Shown one piece after another: positions 26,254 through 34,089 of a DNA stretch of 34,089 bases. Source of the DNA: Minisyncoccota bacterium. Lineage in GTDB: Bacteria > Patescibacteriota > Minisyncoccia > Phycocordibacterales > CAIJYI01. Made by a program: the position numbers and the translations under genes. Location: contig JBAYGK010000001.1 in assembly GCA_041666665.1 (NCBI GenBank), positions 1-34,089 on the forward strand, given 5' to 3'. The notes below the pieces were generated by a model. The model was not told the DNA's origin, ran no database searches, and saw only the letters and a list, made by a program, of their open reading frames with translations. Numbering within the stretch: position 1 is the stretch's first letter; the number at the start of each line of letters is the position of its first letter.

Positions 26254-27321
26254 TTATAAAAGTCGCTCCAAGCTCTTTGCGTTTGTTGAATACAGGGTCG
26301 CGTTTTCTTGCGTTATTTCGCCGTTGTGAACCAACTCGGCGAGCGACCGGTTGAAATCTATCATTCCGAATTCGGCGCCGGTTTCAATAACGCGGGGAAT
26401 TTCATGCGAGCGTTTTTCGCGGATAAGATTGGAAACGGCATTCGTGTTGATAAGAAGCTCATAGGCCGGTATCTGCCCTCCGGAAATGCGGGGAATCAAG
26501 CGCTGAGAAAACACGCCGATCAAGCTTTCCGCAAGCTGTGCGCTGATCTGATTTTGCTGTTCGGGAGGAAATGTATCAATGATACGGTCAATGGTCTGCG
26601 TCGCGTCGTTAGTATGCAGAGTGGAGAAAACAAGGTGTCCGGTTTCCGCGGCGGTAACGGCGACGGACATCGTTTCGTGGTCGCGCATTTCTCCAATCAT
26701 CACGACGTCAACGTCTTGCCGGAACATAGAATACAGTCCCGAGTGAAAATCCATCGTATCGGTGTGAATTTCGCGCTGGTCAATGATGGATTTCACCGGT
26801 TTGAACAAATACTCAACGGGATCTTCAATGGTAAGAATATGCTCGGTTCTCTCCATATTGATGAGCTGGATAAGCGCCGCGAGCGTGGTTGATTTTCCCT
26901 GTCCGATCGGTCCGACGACGAGAAAAAACCCTTGTTTTTTGCGGGCGAAAGTTTCCAATATCGGGGGAAGATTCAACTCTTCAACATTGCGCACGTATTC
27001 GGGAATAAGACGGAGGGCGATGGAAAGCAATCCTCTTTGAAAAAAAGCGTTGCCGCGGAAACGGGCCTTATTGCCGTAACTGTACGAAAAATCCACTTCG
27101 TAATCTTTGAAAAGTTTTTCTTTTCTGTCATCGGTAAGCATAAGCGACGCAAATTCCAGCATCCCCTCCTGCGTCAGGGGTTCTTTCTTTACGAGAGGAA
27201 CGAGCTCGCCGACTGCGCGAATATACGGTACGCGTCCCGCCGCAAGATGAAGGTCTGAACCGTTTTCCCGGATGACCGTCAAAATAAATTCCTCAAGTTC
27301 TCTTTTTGCGTCTAATGCCAT
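26254..27321 (-). CDS. pilT: Type IV pilus retraction ATPase
   Basis: 355 aa. Walker A is GPIGQGKSTT. AIRLIP-type, Asp-box and His-box regions are present (GHLVFSTLHTN). Confidence 0.9.
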   Translation of the reverse strand: MALDAKRELEEFILTVIRENGSDLHLAAGRVPYIRAVGELVPLVKKEPLTQEGMLEFASLMLTDDRKEKLFKDYEVDFSYSYGNKARFRGNAFFQRGLLSIALRLIPEYVRNVEELNLPPILETFARKKQGFFLVVGPIGQGKSTTLAALIQLINMERTEHILTIEDPVEYLFKPVKSIIDQREIHTDTMDFHSGLYSMFRQDVDVVMIGEMRDHETMSVAVTAAETGHLVFSTLHTNDATQTIDRIIDTFPPEQQNQISAQLAESLIGVFSQRLIPRISGGQIPAYELLINTNAVSNLIREKRSHEIPRVIETGAEFGMIDFNRSLAELVHNGEITQENATLYSTNAKSLERLL

Positions 27322-27334
27322 AATTTTTTATAAA

Positions 27335-27727
27335 TTATTCGGATTCAATTATTTTTAATACTTGGTTGACCACCTCGGTCGGCGTTGATGTCGCTTTGAC
27401 GATATATCCGCACGCCCCGAGTTCTTTTCCTTTGTCCAAATCTTCCTTTTGCCCGAGGTTGGAAAGAATGATGATATGCGCCCCTTGCGCGAATTTTCTT
27501 TTCTTGATTTCCGTCAAAAAATCAAAGCCGTCCATGATCGGCATGACGACATCGGTAAGGATGATTTCGGGGGCGTATCCCTCTTCAAGTTTTGATATCG
27601 CTTCCGTCGCTCCAAAAACGGCGGAGACTTCAAAGTTTCCTTCGCTGAACTTGGTGGCGTACATATCAAGCAAGAATTTGTCGTCATCAACGAGAAGTAT
27701 TTTATATATTTTATTTTTCTCTTTCAT
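27335..27727 (-). CDS. Stand-alone CheY-like response regulator receiver
   Basis: 130 aa: ILLVDDD, the phospho-acceptor context ILTDVVMPIMDG, IIILSNLG and GACGYIVKA. There is no output domain. Confidence 0.85.
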   Translation of the reverse strand: MKEKNKIYKILLVDDDKFLLDMYATKFSEGNFEVSAVFGATEAISKLEEGYAPEIILTDVVMPIMDGFDFLTEIKKRKFAQGAHIIILSNLGQKEDLDKGKELGACGYIVKATSTPTEVVNQVLKIIESE

Positions 27728-27809
27728 TTTTTTACGTTAGGCTCTGTAATTCAGTATTTGGGCGGAAAGCGGCAACATGCTCTTTCTTTTCCTTATACCT
27801 TTCTTTTGT

Positions 27810-27818
27810 ATTATAACA
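27810..27818 (-). promoter_or_regulatory. Extended -10 box (TGTTATAAT) upstream of the receiver-pilT-pilC unit
   Basis: The minus strand reads CCTGTTATAAT about 80 nt upstream of the receiver ATG. Unlike most genes here, this implies a real 5' UTR. Confidence 0.4.
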
Positions 27819-27926
27819 GGTATTAAAGAAAAAAGAAAAAAGTTAAAAGGGACAGTTCTTCCGATCTTTTTTCTTTTCCCGCTCGCTTGCGGGACCGCGC
27901 CTGAGGGTGACGGCAACTTTTTACTT

Positions 27927-29654
27927 TTATAACGCGTTCACCTCCACATACGCAATCTCACCGTTGAACGCCTTAATGAGCGCGTCTTCTTTGAGGGTAA
28001 TCATCCCTTTGTCGCGGGCGGCTTTAAATATCGCCATTTCATTCGGGTTTTTGAGAATAACGCTTTGTATGTCGGGATCAACATTGAAGAGTTCAAATAC
28101 CGCCATACGGCCTTTTGTCCCCGACGGGCAATCCGAGCTGGGGGCCGCCTCATACACGTGATTCGGAATTTTTATCGTCTTTCGGTACTCCAAAGGAAGG
28201 TCTTCAAGGTCTTTTTCAATGATAATCTTCATGGGTTCGGTTACGGGAATTTCTTTTTTGCCTTTTTGACAGAGCTTTGGAACCAACCGCTGTCCGATGG
28301 CCAAAAGCAGTGTCGGGGCGATAAGATACGGGTCAACCCCCATGTCCACAAGACGGGTAACCACGCCGGTGGAAGTGTTGGTATGAAGGGTGGAAAGCAC
28401 CAAGTGTCCGGTAAGCGCCGCCTGCACCGCAAGCTGTGCGGTTTCTTTGTCGCGAATTTCTCCGACCATTATGATATCCGGGTCTTGGCGCAAAATGGAG
28501 CGCAATCCGCTCGCAAACGTATAGCCGATATCGGGCTGAACCTGTGACTGGCTTACCCCCGGCATGCTGTACTCCACCGGGTCTTCAAGAGAAATGACGT
28601 TGTCGGTATCTCTGTTCATTTCGTTTAACATGGCGTACAGGGTCGTTGACTTTCCCGAACCGGTAGGACCGGAAAGAAGTATCATTCCGTAAGGGCGGGA
28701 TATCGCCTCCCGCACGGCGGCAAGATGTTCCGCCTTCATTCCGAGCGATGTCAGCGTCAACACTCCTTTTTCAGAATCAAGAATACGCAACACGACTTTC
28801 TCGCCGTAGTACGAGGGAAAAGTTGAAACGCGGAAGTCAATTTTTCGTCCGTCAATGCGGGCGGAAAAACGTCCGTCTTGAGGTTTTCTTTTTTCGTCAA
28901 GTTTCAAACTTGCGAGGATTTTCACGCGCGAAACGATGGCGGGATGAACCGCCGCAGGCAAAAGAAGCGATGTATACAACGTGCCGTCAACGCGGAAACG
29001 AACGCGGATTTTTTCTCCCATGTTTTCTATGTGAATGTCCGAGGCGTTTCCTTCCGTCGCGTGGCGAAGAATGACCGCGACCATTTTGGTTACCGGCGCA
29101 TCTTCAACAATCGTATTTTTAACGTCTCCCGGAATGGCTTTTGCTCCGGCGGCATCTTTGTTTTTGAGACCGGGAACGGCGGCCGTTTCTCCTCCCCCAA
29201 GCTCCGTAAGCGCCTGCCCGACTTCTCCGGTCAAACCGGTATAACTGTTTAAAACTCCTTTAAAATCTTCCTCTGAAACAAGAAAAAGTTTGAAAGGCAT
29301 TCCTATCTTGGAAGAAATAAACTGGACGGCATCCGTGGATTCCATGTTTTCGGGATCAACGATTCCGATTTCAAGGATTCCTTCCTCCACGCCAATGGGG
29401 ACAAACTGATAATGCCTTGCGGATTCTTCGGGTATGTATTTCAAAATCTCTCCCGTCACCTTGAATTCATCCGCCGCTCTTATCGGTATGCTGAGAAATT
29501 CGCCTTTGAGACGAAGAAGGTCTCCCGCGTTTATTCCATTTTTTACCAAAGCTTCGTCCACACTGCCGTTTCCGGAAGCAATATACTGTTCAACGACGGA
29601 AATGCTTTCCTCGGTGATTATTCCTTTTTGTGAAAGAAAGTGTAAAAAATTCAT
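27927..29654 (-). CDS. pilB: Type IV pilus assembly ATPase (GspE/PilB family)
   Basis: 575 aa with an N-terminal T2SSE_N-like domain and Walker A GPTGSGKSTT. The tetracysteine motif is absent or reduced, and GHLVLSTLHTN is present. Confidence 0.9.
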   Translation of the reverse strand: MNFLHFLSQKGIITEESISVVEQYIASGNGSVDEALVKNGINAGDLLRLKGEFLSIPIRAADEFKVTGEILKYIPEESARHYQFVPIGVEEGILEIGIVDPENMESTDAVQFISSKIGMPFKLFLVSEEDFKGVLNSYTGLTGEVGQALTELGGGETAAVPGLKNKDAAGAKAIPGDVKNTIVEDAPVTKMVAVILRHATEGNASDIHIENMGEKIRVRFRVDGTLYTSLLLPAAVHPAIVSRVKILASLKLDEKRKPQDGRFSARIDGRKIDFRVSTFPSYYGEKVVLRILDSEKGVLTLTSLGMKAEHLAAVREAISRPYGMILLSGPTGSGKSTTLYAMLNEMNRDTDNVISLEDPVEYSMPGVSQSQVQPDIGYTFASGLRSILRQDPDIIMVGEIRDKETAQLAVQAALTGHLVLSTLHTNTSTGVVTRLVDMGVDPYLIAPTLLLAIGQRLVPKLCQKGKKEIPVTEPMKIIIEKDLEDLPLEYRKTIKIPNHVYEAAPSSDCPSGTKGRMAVFELFNVDPDIQSVILKNPNEMAIFKAARDKGMITLKEDALIKAFNGEIAYVEVNAL

Positions 29655-29744
29655 ATAGTATGTTGGATATGAAGTTGCAAAAGGAGTCGCACGACCCGGT
29701 GAGAAACGCGAACTTCATTCATTGCGGACTTGTTGCCGAGAGGA

Positions 29745-30128
29745 TTACTCGCCGACGGGAGATTTCGGGGTTCTCGGATTGGAGGGAACCGTAGTCGGCG
29801 TCCCTTGGGTTTCTTCTATAATCACGTCTTGTCCGATGGGAGCAAACGGATTGTCTCTCTGTTTCGGCTCTTCGGTAAGGTCAACGTGGTAATCCTTCAA
29901 ACTCTGGAATACCGGATCGTCAAAAATGGAAACGTCAAGTTCCACTCTGGTCAATTCCTCCAAAAGCGCCAGTATTTGTTCCCCCGTTTCGTTGGAAGCG
30001 CCCGATGCGGTTTCAACGGATATCTGGTTTTCTTGAGCGAGGGAATTGCCCCCGGAAACAAACATGAAGCCGAGCGCCGCAAAAACAAAAAGACCGGTTA
30101 TGAGAAATATTTTTTTTGATTTTTTCAT
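29745..30128 (-). CDS. Secreted/anchored small protein, PilP-like position
   Basis: Signal/anchor sequence MKKSKKIFLITGLFVFAALGFMFV, an RDNPFAP motif reminiscent of PilP, and a Pro/Thr-rich tail. It sits directly after the pilO-like gene. Confidence 0.55.
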   Translation of the reverse strand: MKKSKKIFLITGLFVFAALGFMFVSGGNSLAQENQISVETASGASNETGEQILALLEELTRVELDVSIFDDPVFQSLKDYHVDLTEEPKQRDNPFAPIGQDVIIEETQGTPTTVPSNPRTPKSPVGE

Positions 30129-30146
30129 ACAGTAAACAAAATGTTT

Positions 30147-30713
30147 TTATTGTTTAAGCCAATAGGTGTTTAATGTTGTTTTATACATGTACACATTTTG
30201 AGAATCTTTGGCAGAAGGCGCCTGCGAAAGGGAAACATTCGTGATATTTATCAAACGGAGGCTCTGTTCAATATCTTTGAGAAAAGCGACGTATGCTTCA
30301 TATGTTCCAATAACGGCAAAATCAAGTTTGCCCGTGCCGTACATTTCCGGCGTATAGGCGGAAGCTTCTCCGATCGTTTGCGGCGCGTTTTCCCCCACGA
30401 GAACAACCTGCGCGTTGGAGAGAGTCATGTTGTATCTTCCCGCAACTTTGTCAATTTCAATGATGAGCCGGATGTTGTCTATGCTGTCGGGAAGAAACGC
30501 CTCCAACCGATTGAGGTTGGCGACCGGTATGTTATTGTGCTTCGTTTCAACGGCATCGCGAAGTCCAAGCGCTTCCTGCGAATGGTTTAACGCTTCATCA
30601 TATCCGCTCTTGACGACTTTGAGGGTTTTGATTTCCGCATACGTCGGTATGACGACAAAATAAAAGATACCGATGGATGCGAGAACGAGCCCCGCCGCTA
30701 TTAAATTCTTCAT
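30147..30713 (-). CDS. pilO: PilO-like pilus assembly protein
   Basis: 188 aa with an N-terminal TM helix, then a coiled segment and a ferredoxin-like domain. The call rests mainly on position after pilM-pilN. Confidence 0.65.
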   Translation of the reverse strand: MKNLIAAGLVLASIGIFYFVVIPTYAEIKTLKVVKSGYDEALNHSQEALGLRDAVETKHNNIPVANLNRLEAFLPDSIDNIRLIIEIDKVAGRYNMTLSNAQVVLVGENAPQTIGEASAYTPEMYGTGKLDFAVIGTYEAYVAFLKDIEQSLRLINITNVSLSQAPSAKDSQNVYMYKTTLNTYWLKQ

Positions 30714-30732
30714 AAATATCTGTTTTAAAAAA

Positions 30733-31338
30733 TTAGATTACCTCCTCTTGTTTAATGAAAGAAGTTTTATATAAAACCAACGACGGATCCACGGAACCTT
30801 TGAAGGAAAAATTCACGGTTCCGGTCGGGTTGAGAGCCAAATCCGAAAACAGCGGCTCTCTCCACCCTTTCTCCAGATTGAAAGAATCGGACAAAAGCGC
30901 TACTGAGGAATAGCTGTTCGCCTCCCCCTTCATTGATACGGCGGTAACACTGCCCGCTCCGGTGGAAAAATCAAAAGAGAGGAAACGCACCGTCTTTAAG
31001 GTTGACCTTTGAAGCATTTCAAAAACCGGAGTGACAACGGTGTGCGAGGCCAGCAGAGTACGAGAAGTTTTGAGCCGCAAATCAAGCCGCTTTACCTCGG
31101 CAATCCATTTCGGATCAACCAACGCGTCTCTCGCGGCAATCAGATCCGTCTTTTCTTGGTCTACCTGTTTTTGAAGCAATGCCCGATACAAGAACACGCC
31201 GGCGGCAACCGCAAGCGCCATGAAAAAAATTATTATCCCGAGAGAAACCAATGGGTTGATTGACGAACGCCCGCCGGCACCGCTTTTTGATGCCAGCGTC
31301 TTTTTGGGAACGAACGATGTTCTAAGTCTCGTGTCCAT
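30733..31338 (-). CDS. pilN: PilN-like pilus assembly protein
   Basis: 201 aa with a short cytoplasmic N-terminus, a single TM helix (LVSLGIIIFFMALAVAAGVFLY) and a coiled region. It sits immediately after pilM. Confidence 0.65.
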   Translation of the reverse strand: MDTRLRTSFVPKKTLASKSGAGGRSSINPLVSLGIIIFFMALAVAAGVFLYRALLQKQVDQEKTDLIAARDALVDPKWIAEVKRLDLRLKTSRTLLASHTVVTPVFEMLQRSTLKTVRFLSFDFSTGAGSVTAVSMKGEANSYSSVALLSDSFNLEKGWREPLFSDLALNPTGTVNFSFKGSVDPSLVLYKTSFIKQEEVI

Positions 31339-31389
31339 AATAATGTTACAATTTTAAAATACAAAAATTATCGCCGCGATATATTATTA

Positions 31390-32523
31390 TTATTTTAATT
31401 CCTGCAAACGCTTGAGAGCGAGCCCGATGGCAACGGAAAATTCGGGACCGGCATCGGTCAGCACCGCTTGAAGAAATGCGGGGGTTTCAATCTTGGAAAA
31501 AGAGTCTCCAAACACCACTTCCGCTTCCAGCCATTTTTTCGCATGTTCCGGCAATCCTTTGAGGAGAACGCCGCCGCCGGTCAGAACAATTTTGCTTACG
31601 GTTTTATTGTTCTTGTTTTGATACCCTAATAATACTCTGTTTGCTTCCGTAAAGATATAGCTGGTGACCGATTCTATTATCGCCGAAACTTTGCGCGACT
31701 CATCATCTCTTCCGGCAAGCCCCACTTCGCGTTTCATTTTCTCGGCCTTCGCAATGCTGATATTCAGAGCGCGCGAGAGAGCAATGGTTATTTCCTGAGA
31801 ACCGCGGCTTATAATATGGGCATTTTTGATGATTCCTTGTTCAACGAGAGCCAGCTTGGTGATTCCCGCCCCCATATCAATAAACATCATCGGGGAAAGA
31901 TCGCGTCCGATCGTGGCTCGTATGGAACTGTATACTTCAATTTCAAATGTCGTTCCTTCCGCGAGTCCGATCTTTTTCACGATATCTTCATACTTGCTCA
32001 AAACCTGATTGTGGATGGCGACGATCATGATCTGCAATTTGTCTTTCTTCGGATCGCCGGTAACCAAAGCCTCTTCCTCCGCGGATTTCGGAATAATGAT
32101 CCAATCAAGAGCGACTTCCGTAATGGGAACCGGAATATATTTTCTCGCTTCCACGGGAATCATTTTTGCGAGCTTGTCATCGTCAACCGCGGGAAGTTCA
32201 ATCATGGTGAGCAGTGCCGAAGAAAGGGGCAAAGAAACCGAACCGATTTTTGAAGTGACGTTCGCTTCGCGGAAAAGATCTTTCACCGCCTCAACGATTT
32301 TGTCCGCGGGAAGATTGGTCGCGCGCCCGACATCAAAACCGCCGTAAGGCCCGAGGGCGAGTTCGCCGTATGTTTCAAGCACGGCGCGTCCTTGTTCCTT
32401 CCTTACTTGAACGACTTTTATAACGGAAGAACCGATATCCAAACCGATAACGCTCGCTTCTTTCTTGAAGAGATTTTTGGCGGAATTCACCATTTGTTGA
32501 ACATCAAAAATTGGAAGAGGCAT
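31390..32523 (-). CDS. pilM: Type IV pilus assembly ATPase-fold protein PilM (actin-like)
   Basis: VIGLDIGSSVIKVVQV, FIDMGAGITKLALV and VLTGGGVLLKGL are actin/FtsA-like phosphate-binding motifs. Confidence 0.9.
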   Translation of the reverse strand: MPLPIFDVQQMVNSAKNLFKKEASVIGLDIGSSVIKVVQVRKEQGRAVLETYGELALGPYGGFDVGRATNLPADKIVEAVKDLFREANVTSKIGSVSLPLSSALLTMIELPAVDDDKLAKMIPVEARKYIPVPITEVALDWIIIPKSAEEEALVTGDPKKDKLQIMIVAIHNQVLSKYEDIVKKIGLAEGTTFEIEVYSSIRATIGRDLSPMMFIDMGAGITKLALVEQGIIKNAHIISRGSQEITIALSRALNISIAKAEKMKREVGLAGRDDESRKVSAIIESVTSYIFTEANRVLLGYQNKNNKTVSKIVLTGGGVLLKGLPEHAKKWLEAEVVFGDSFSKIETPAFLQAVLTDAGPEFSVAIGLALKRLQELK

Positions 32524-32640
32524 GAGTATGACAAATTATCAAGTTATGGACATAAAACGTATTTGTATTATAACATAGAAACAATTAACAATTCTAGGGA
32601 AAAGCGGCGTTTATCCACAGTTTTTATTTTTTTTGATATA

Positions 32641-33351
32641 ATGCAAAATGTTCGTATGAAAAATTCAATTATCATTGCCGCGCGCGAAGCAGGTAATTTT
32701 CTGCTGGACATCATCTTTCCGCGCCGATGCATTCTCTGCGGAAAAGAAGGGGCGAGTTTTTGCGCCGGATGCCGATCTAAAATGCCGCACGACACAACCC
32801 CCGTGATGCGCCATATCGTTTCCTTGTGGCGGTACGATAACGAAACCGTGCGAAGGGCGCTTTGGGAATTGAAATATCGCGGGAAACAAACTCTCGCGCG
32901 CGACATGGCGGAATCTCTGTACGATAAGATATTGGAAACGCTGGCGGAAAATGAATTATACCGGAATCCGGCGGGAAACGCGGAAAATGCATGCACATAC
33001 CTTGTCGTTCCGATACCGATTCATAAAAAACGCGAAAAAGAACGGGGGTATAATCAATCAGAACTTCTCGCCGAAGAACTCGCGCGCTTGGATCCTTCCC
33101 TTTTCATTCTTGAAAAAAATGCGCTGTTAAAAATAAAAGCGACCCCGAGCCAAGTTTCGGTGAAAGATCGGGATAAACGGCTAAAAAACATTCGCGGATC
33201 GTTCGGAATAAAAAATGAAAAAAGCGTTGAGGGAAAAAACGTGCTCGTTGTTGACGACATTACCACAACGGGAGCAACGCTTGAAGAAGCGAGAATCGCC
33301 CTTCTGAAAGCCGGAGCCAAGAGCGTTCTCTGCGCAACCGTGGCGCACTAA
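32641..33351 (+). CDS. comF: ComF-family phosphoribosyltransferase-like competence protein
   Basis: N-terminal Cys pairs (CILCGK...CAGCRSK) and the PRTase motif VLVVDDITTTGATL. The start is either 32641 or 32656. The upstream part of the track ORF (32392-32640) overlaps pilM and the promoter TATAAT at 32636. Confidence 0.85.
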   Translation: MQNVRMKNSIIIAAREAGNFLLDIIFPRRCILCGKEGASFCAGCRSKMPHDTTPVMRHIVSLWRYDNETVRRALWELKYRGKQTLARDMAESLYDKILETLAENELYRNPAGNAENACTYLVVPIPIHKKREKERGYNQSELLAEELARLDPSLFILEKNALLKIKATPSQVSVKDRDKRLKNIRGSFGIKNEKSVEGKNVLVVDDITTTGATLEEARIALLKAGAKSVLCATVAH

Positions 33352-33556
33352 GTTGCAAAGTTCCCTCCTTCGTCCGCCGGCTGACAGACTACGGCAGGGC
33401 AAGCATCAAGTTTATCAAGTTTATATCTTCGCTTCGCTACGATATAATTCCTGCTTTCGGGGAAAATATGAGCAAGCTCCTATTTTCTCCCTCTCTTGAA
33501 ATTATAAAGTACGACGGTTTGTCTATTTTGTTTTTCAAGAAATTGCGGACAAAGAT

Positions 33557-33629
33557 CTTTCCTTAAGGAGGAATATTTGGAGGTCGTTCCTCCCTTTGGA
33601 GGTGCGACCTCCAAATATTCCGGGGAAAG
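33557..33629. repeat. Palindrome rich in GGAGG/CCTCC upstream of tRNA-Ser
   Basis: GGAATATTTGGAGGTCG (33570-33586) / CGACCTCCAAATATTCC (33605-33621), with an inner CCTCC-CTTT-GGAGG. The outer pair is CTTTCC / GGAAAG. Confidence 0.6.
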
Positions 33630-33782
33630 GAGAGACCTTGGGTAGTAATTTCGGTCAGTGCAGGAAAATGAAGTAGTTTAATTAAAGATGGTATAAAGTT
33701 TATCAAGTTATAAAGAGTAACGTTGTCTATTTTGTTTTTTTCCTGTTTTGTGATAGATTGTTATTACAATTTGAACACAGCT

Positions 33783-33870
33783 GGAGAGGTGGGTGAGCTG
33801 GTCGAAACCACCACACTGCTAACGTGGCAGGGAGTAAAATCCCTCGAGGGTTCGAATCCCTCCCTCTCCG
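33783..33870 (+). tRNA. tRNA-Ser (anticodon GCU), type II with long variable arm; CCA not encoded
   Basis: Hand-folded. The acceptor is GGAGAGG/CCTCTCC and the D-arm has A14 and G18G19. The anticodon stem CCACA/CGTGG closes the loop CTGCTAA. The variable arm is AGGGA-GTAAAA-TCCCT, the T-arm GAGGG-TTCGAAT-CCCTC, and the discriminator is G. Confidence 0.9.
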
Positions 33871-33913
33871 CAAATACAAAAATAGCCTTCTTTTAAGGCT
33901 ATTTTTGTATTTG
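33871..33913 (+). terminator. Long hairpin immediately after the tRNA
   Basis: CAAATACAAAAATAGCCTT-CTTTT-AAGGCTATTTTTGTATTTG, a 19-bp stem with a T-rich descending arm. Confidence 0.55.
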
Positions 33914-33996
33914 ACGGAGAGGAGCGACTGAACTGCTTCAGTCGCGTGAGGGATTTGAAGGGGTTGAATAGACCTGCCCCACAATAACAAATCGCC

Positions 33997-34026
33997 AAAC
34001 ACCGCCACGATAGTGGCGGTGTTTTT
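33997..34026. terminator. Rho-independent terminator (bidirectional shape)
   Basis: AAACACCGCCAC-GATA-GTGGCGGTGTTTTT. Confidence 0.7.
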
Positions 34027-34089
34027 ACGTCATCTGAATATGAAAGTTCCACAACCCGGCGCAAACATTCACCAGTTCATCATCCCACC
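34025..34089 (-). CDS. Possible 3' end of an unidentified minus-strand CDS entering from beyond the window
   Basis: The open frame reads ...WDDELVNVCAGLWNFHIQMT*, with a TAA at 34025-34027 abutting the terminator. Only 21 codons are visible. Confidence 0.25.
   Translation of the reverse strand, partial: WDDELVNVCAGLWNFHIQMT

Noticed and set aside
27840-27926. The hairpin CCCGC-TCGCTT-GCGGG downstream of pilB as a possible terminator.
   Set aside because: On the minus (coding) strand it is followed by an A-rich tract, not a T-rich one. On the plus strand the T-run precedes the stem. It does not fit an intrinsic terminator on either strand.
32392-32640. The upstream 83 codons of the comF ORF.
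   Set aside because: They overlap the pilM start and the divergent promoter region, which includes a TATAAT at 32636. The ComF-like sequence (Cys pairs) begins only after M84/M89.
33577-33651. A TTG-initiated 24-codon mini-ORF 5 nt after AAGGAGG, inside the palindrome.
   Set aside because: The SD-like sequence is one arm of a GGAGG/CCTCC palindrome, so its presence is explained by the structure. The ORF is tiny, TTG-initiated, and has no other support.

Overview
Gene-dense, moderately AT-rich bacterial window, transcribed mostly on the minus strand, using the standard genetic code (TGA ends the CDS at 24062). All product calls come from motifs I recognise by eye in the translations; I ran no database search.

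Content:
1. A two-gene [NiFe]-hydrogenase, small plus large subunit. The two genes are separated by a Bro-N/DinD-like gene and a large transglutaminase-fold/TPR gene.
2. An APC permease fused to Usp-like domains.
3. gatC-gatA, where gatA carries an apparent 1-nt frameshift.
4. ligA followed by two small cargo genes, which are delimited by decayed copies of the ligA 3' end.
5. A type IV pilus locus without a secretin: pilM, pilN, pilO, a PilP-like gene, pilB, a CheY-like receiver, pilT, pilC, two complete pilins, one partial pilin and pilD. comF is divergent from pilM.
6. A seven-gene glycosylation island between the two complete pilin genes: GtrA, three GT-C membrane glycosyltransferases (one TMTC-like with TPRs) and two GT2 enzymes.
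7. tRNA-Ser(GCU).

The gene set, the pilin style and the very short leaders suggest a Patescibacteria/CPR-type genome. That is inference only.

Intergenic DNA is unusually rich in structured repeats:
- a roughly 180-nt long-hairpin family (two copies);
- a GTATA-rich family with imperfect terminal inverted repeats (two loci, opposite orientation);
- a 46-48 nt perfect palindrome (two copies flanking one gene);
- a cluster of nested REP-like hairpins between pilT and pilC.

I saw no CRISPR array, transposase, integrase or rRNA.

Best candidates for something new:
- the apparent integration hotspot at the ligA 3' end, with no recombinase in sight;
- the covarying long-hairpin repeats that bracket a membrane-anchored HEPN-like gene;
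- the pilin-flanked glycosylation island;
- the split, minimal hydrogenase.
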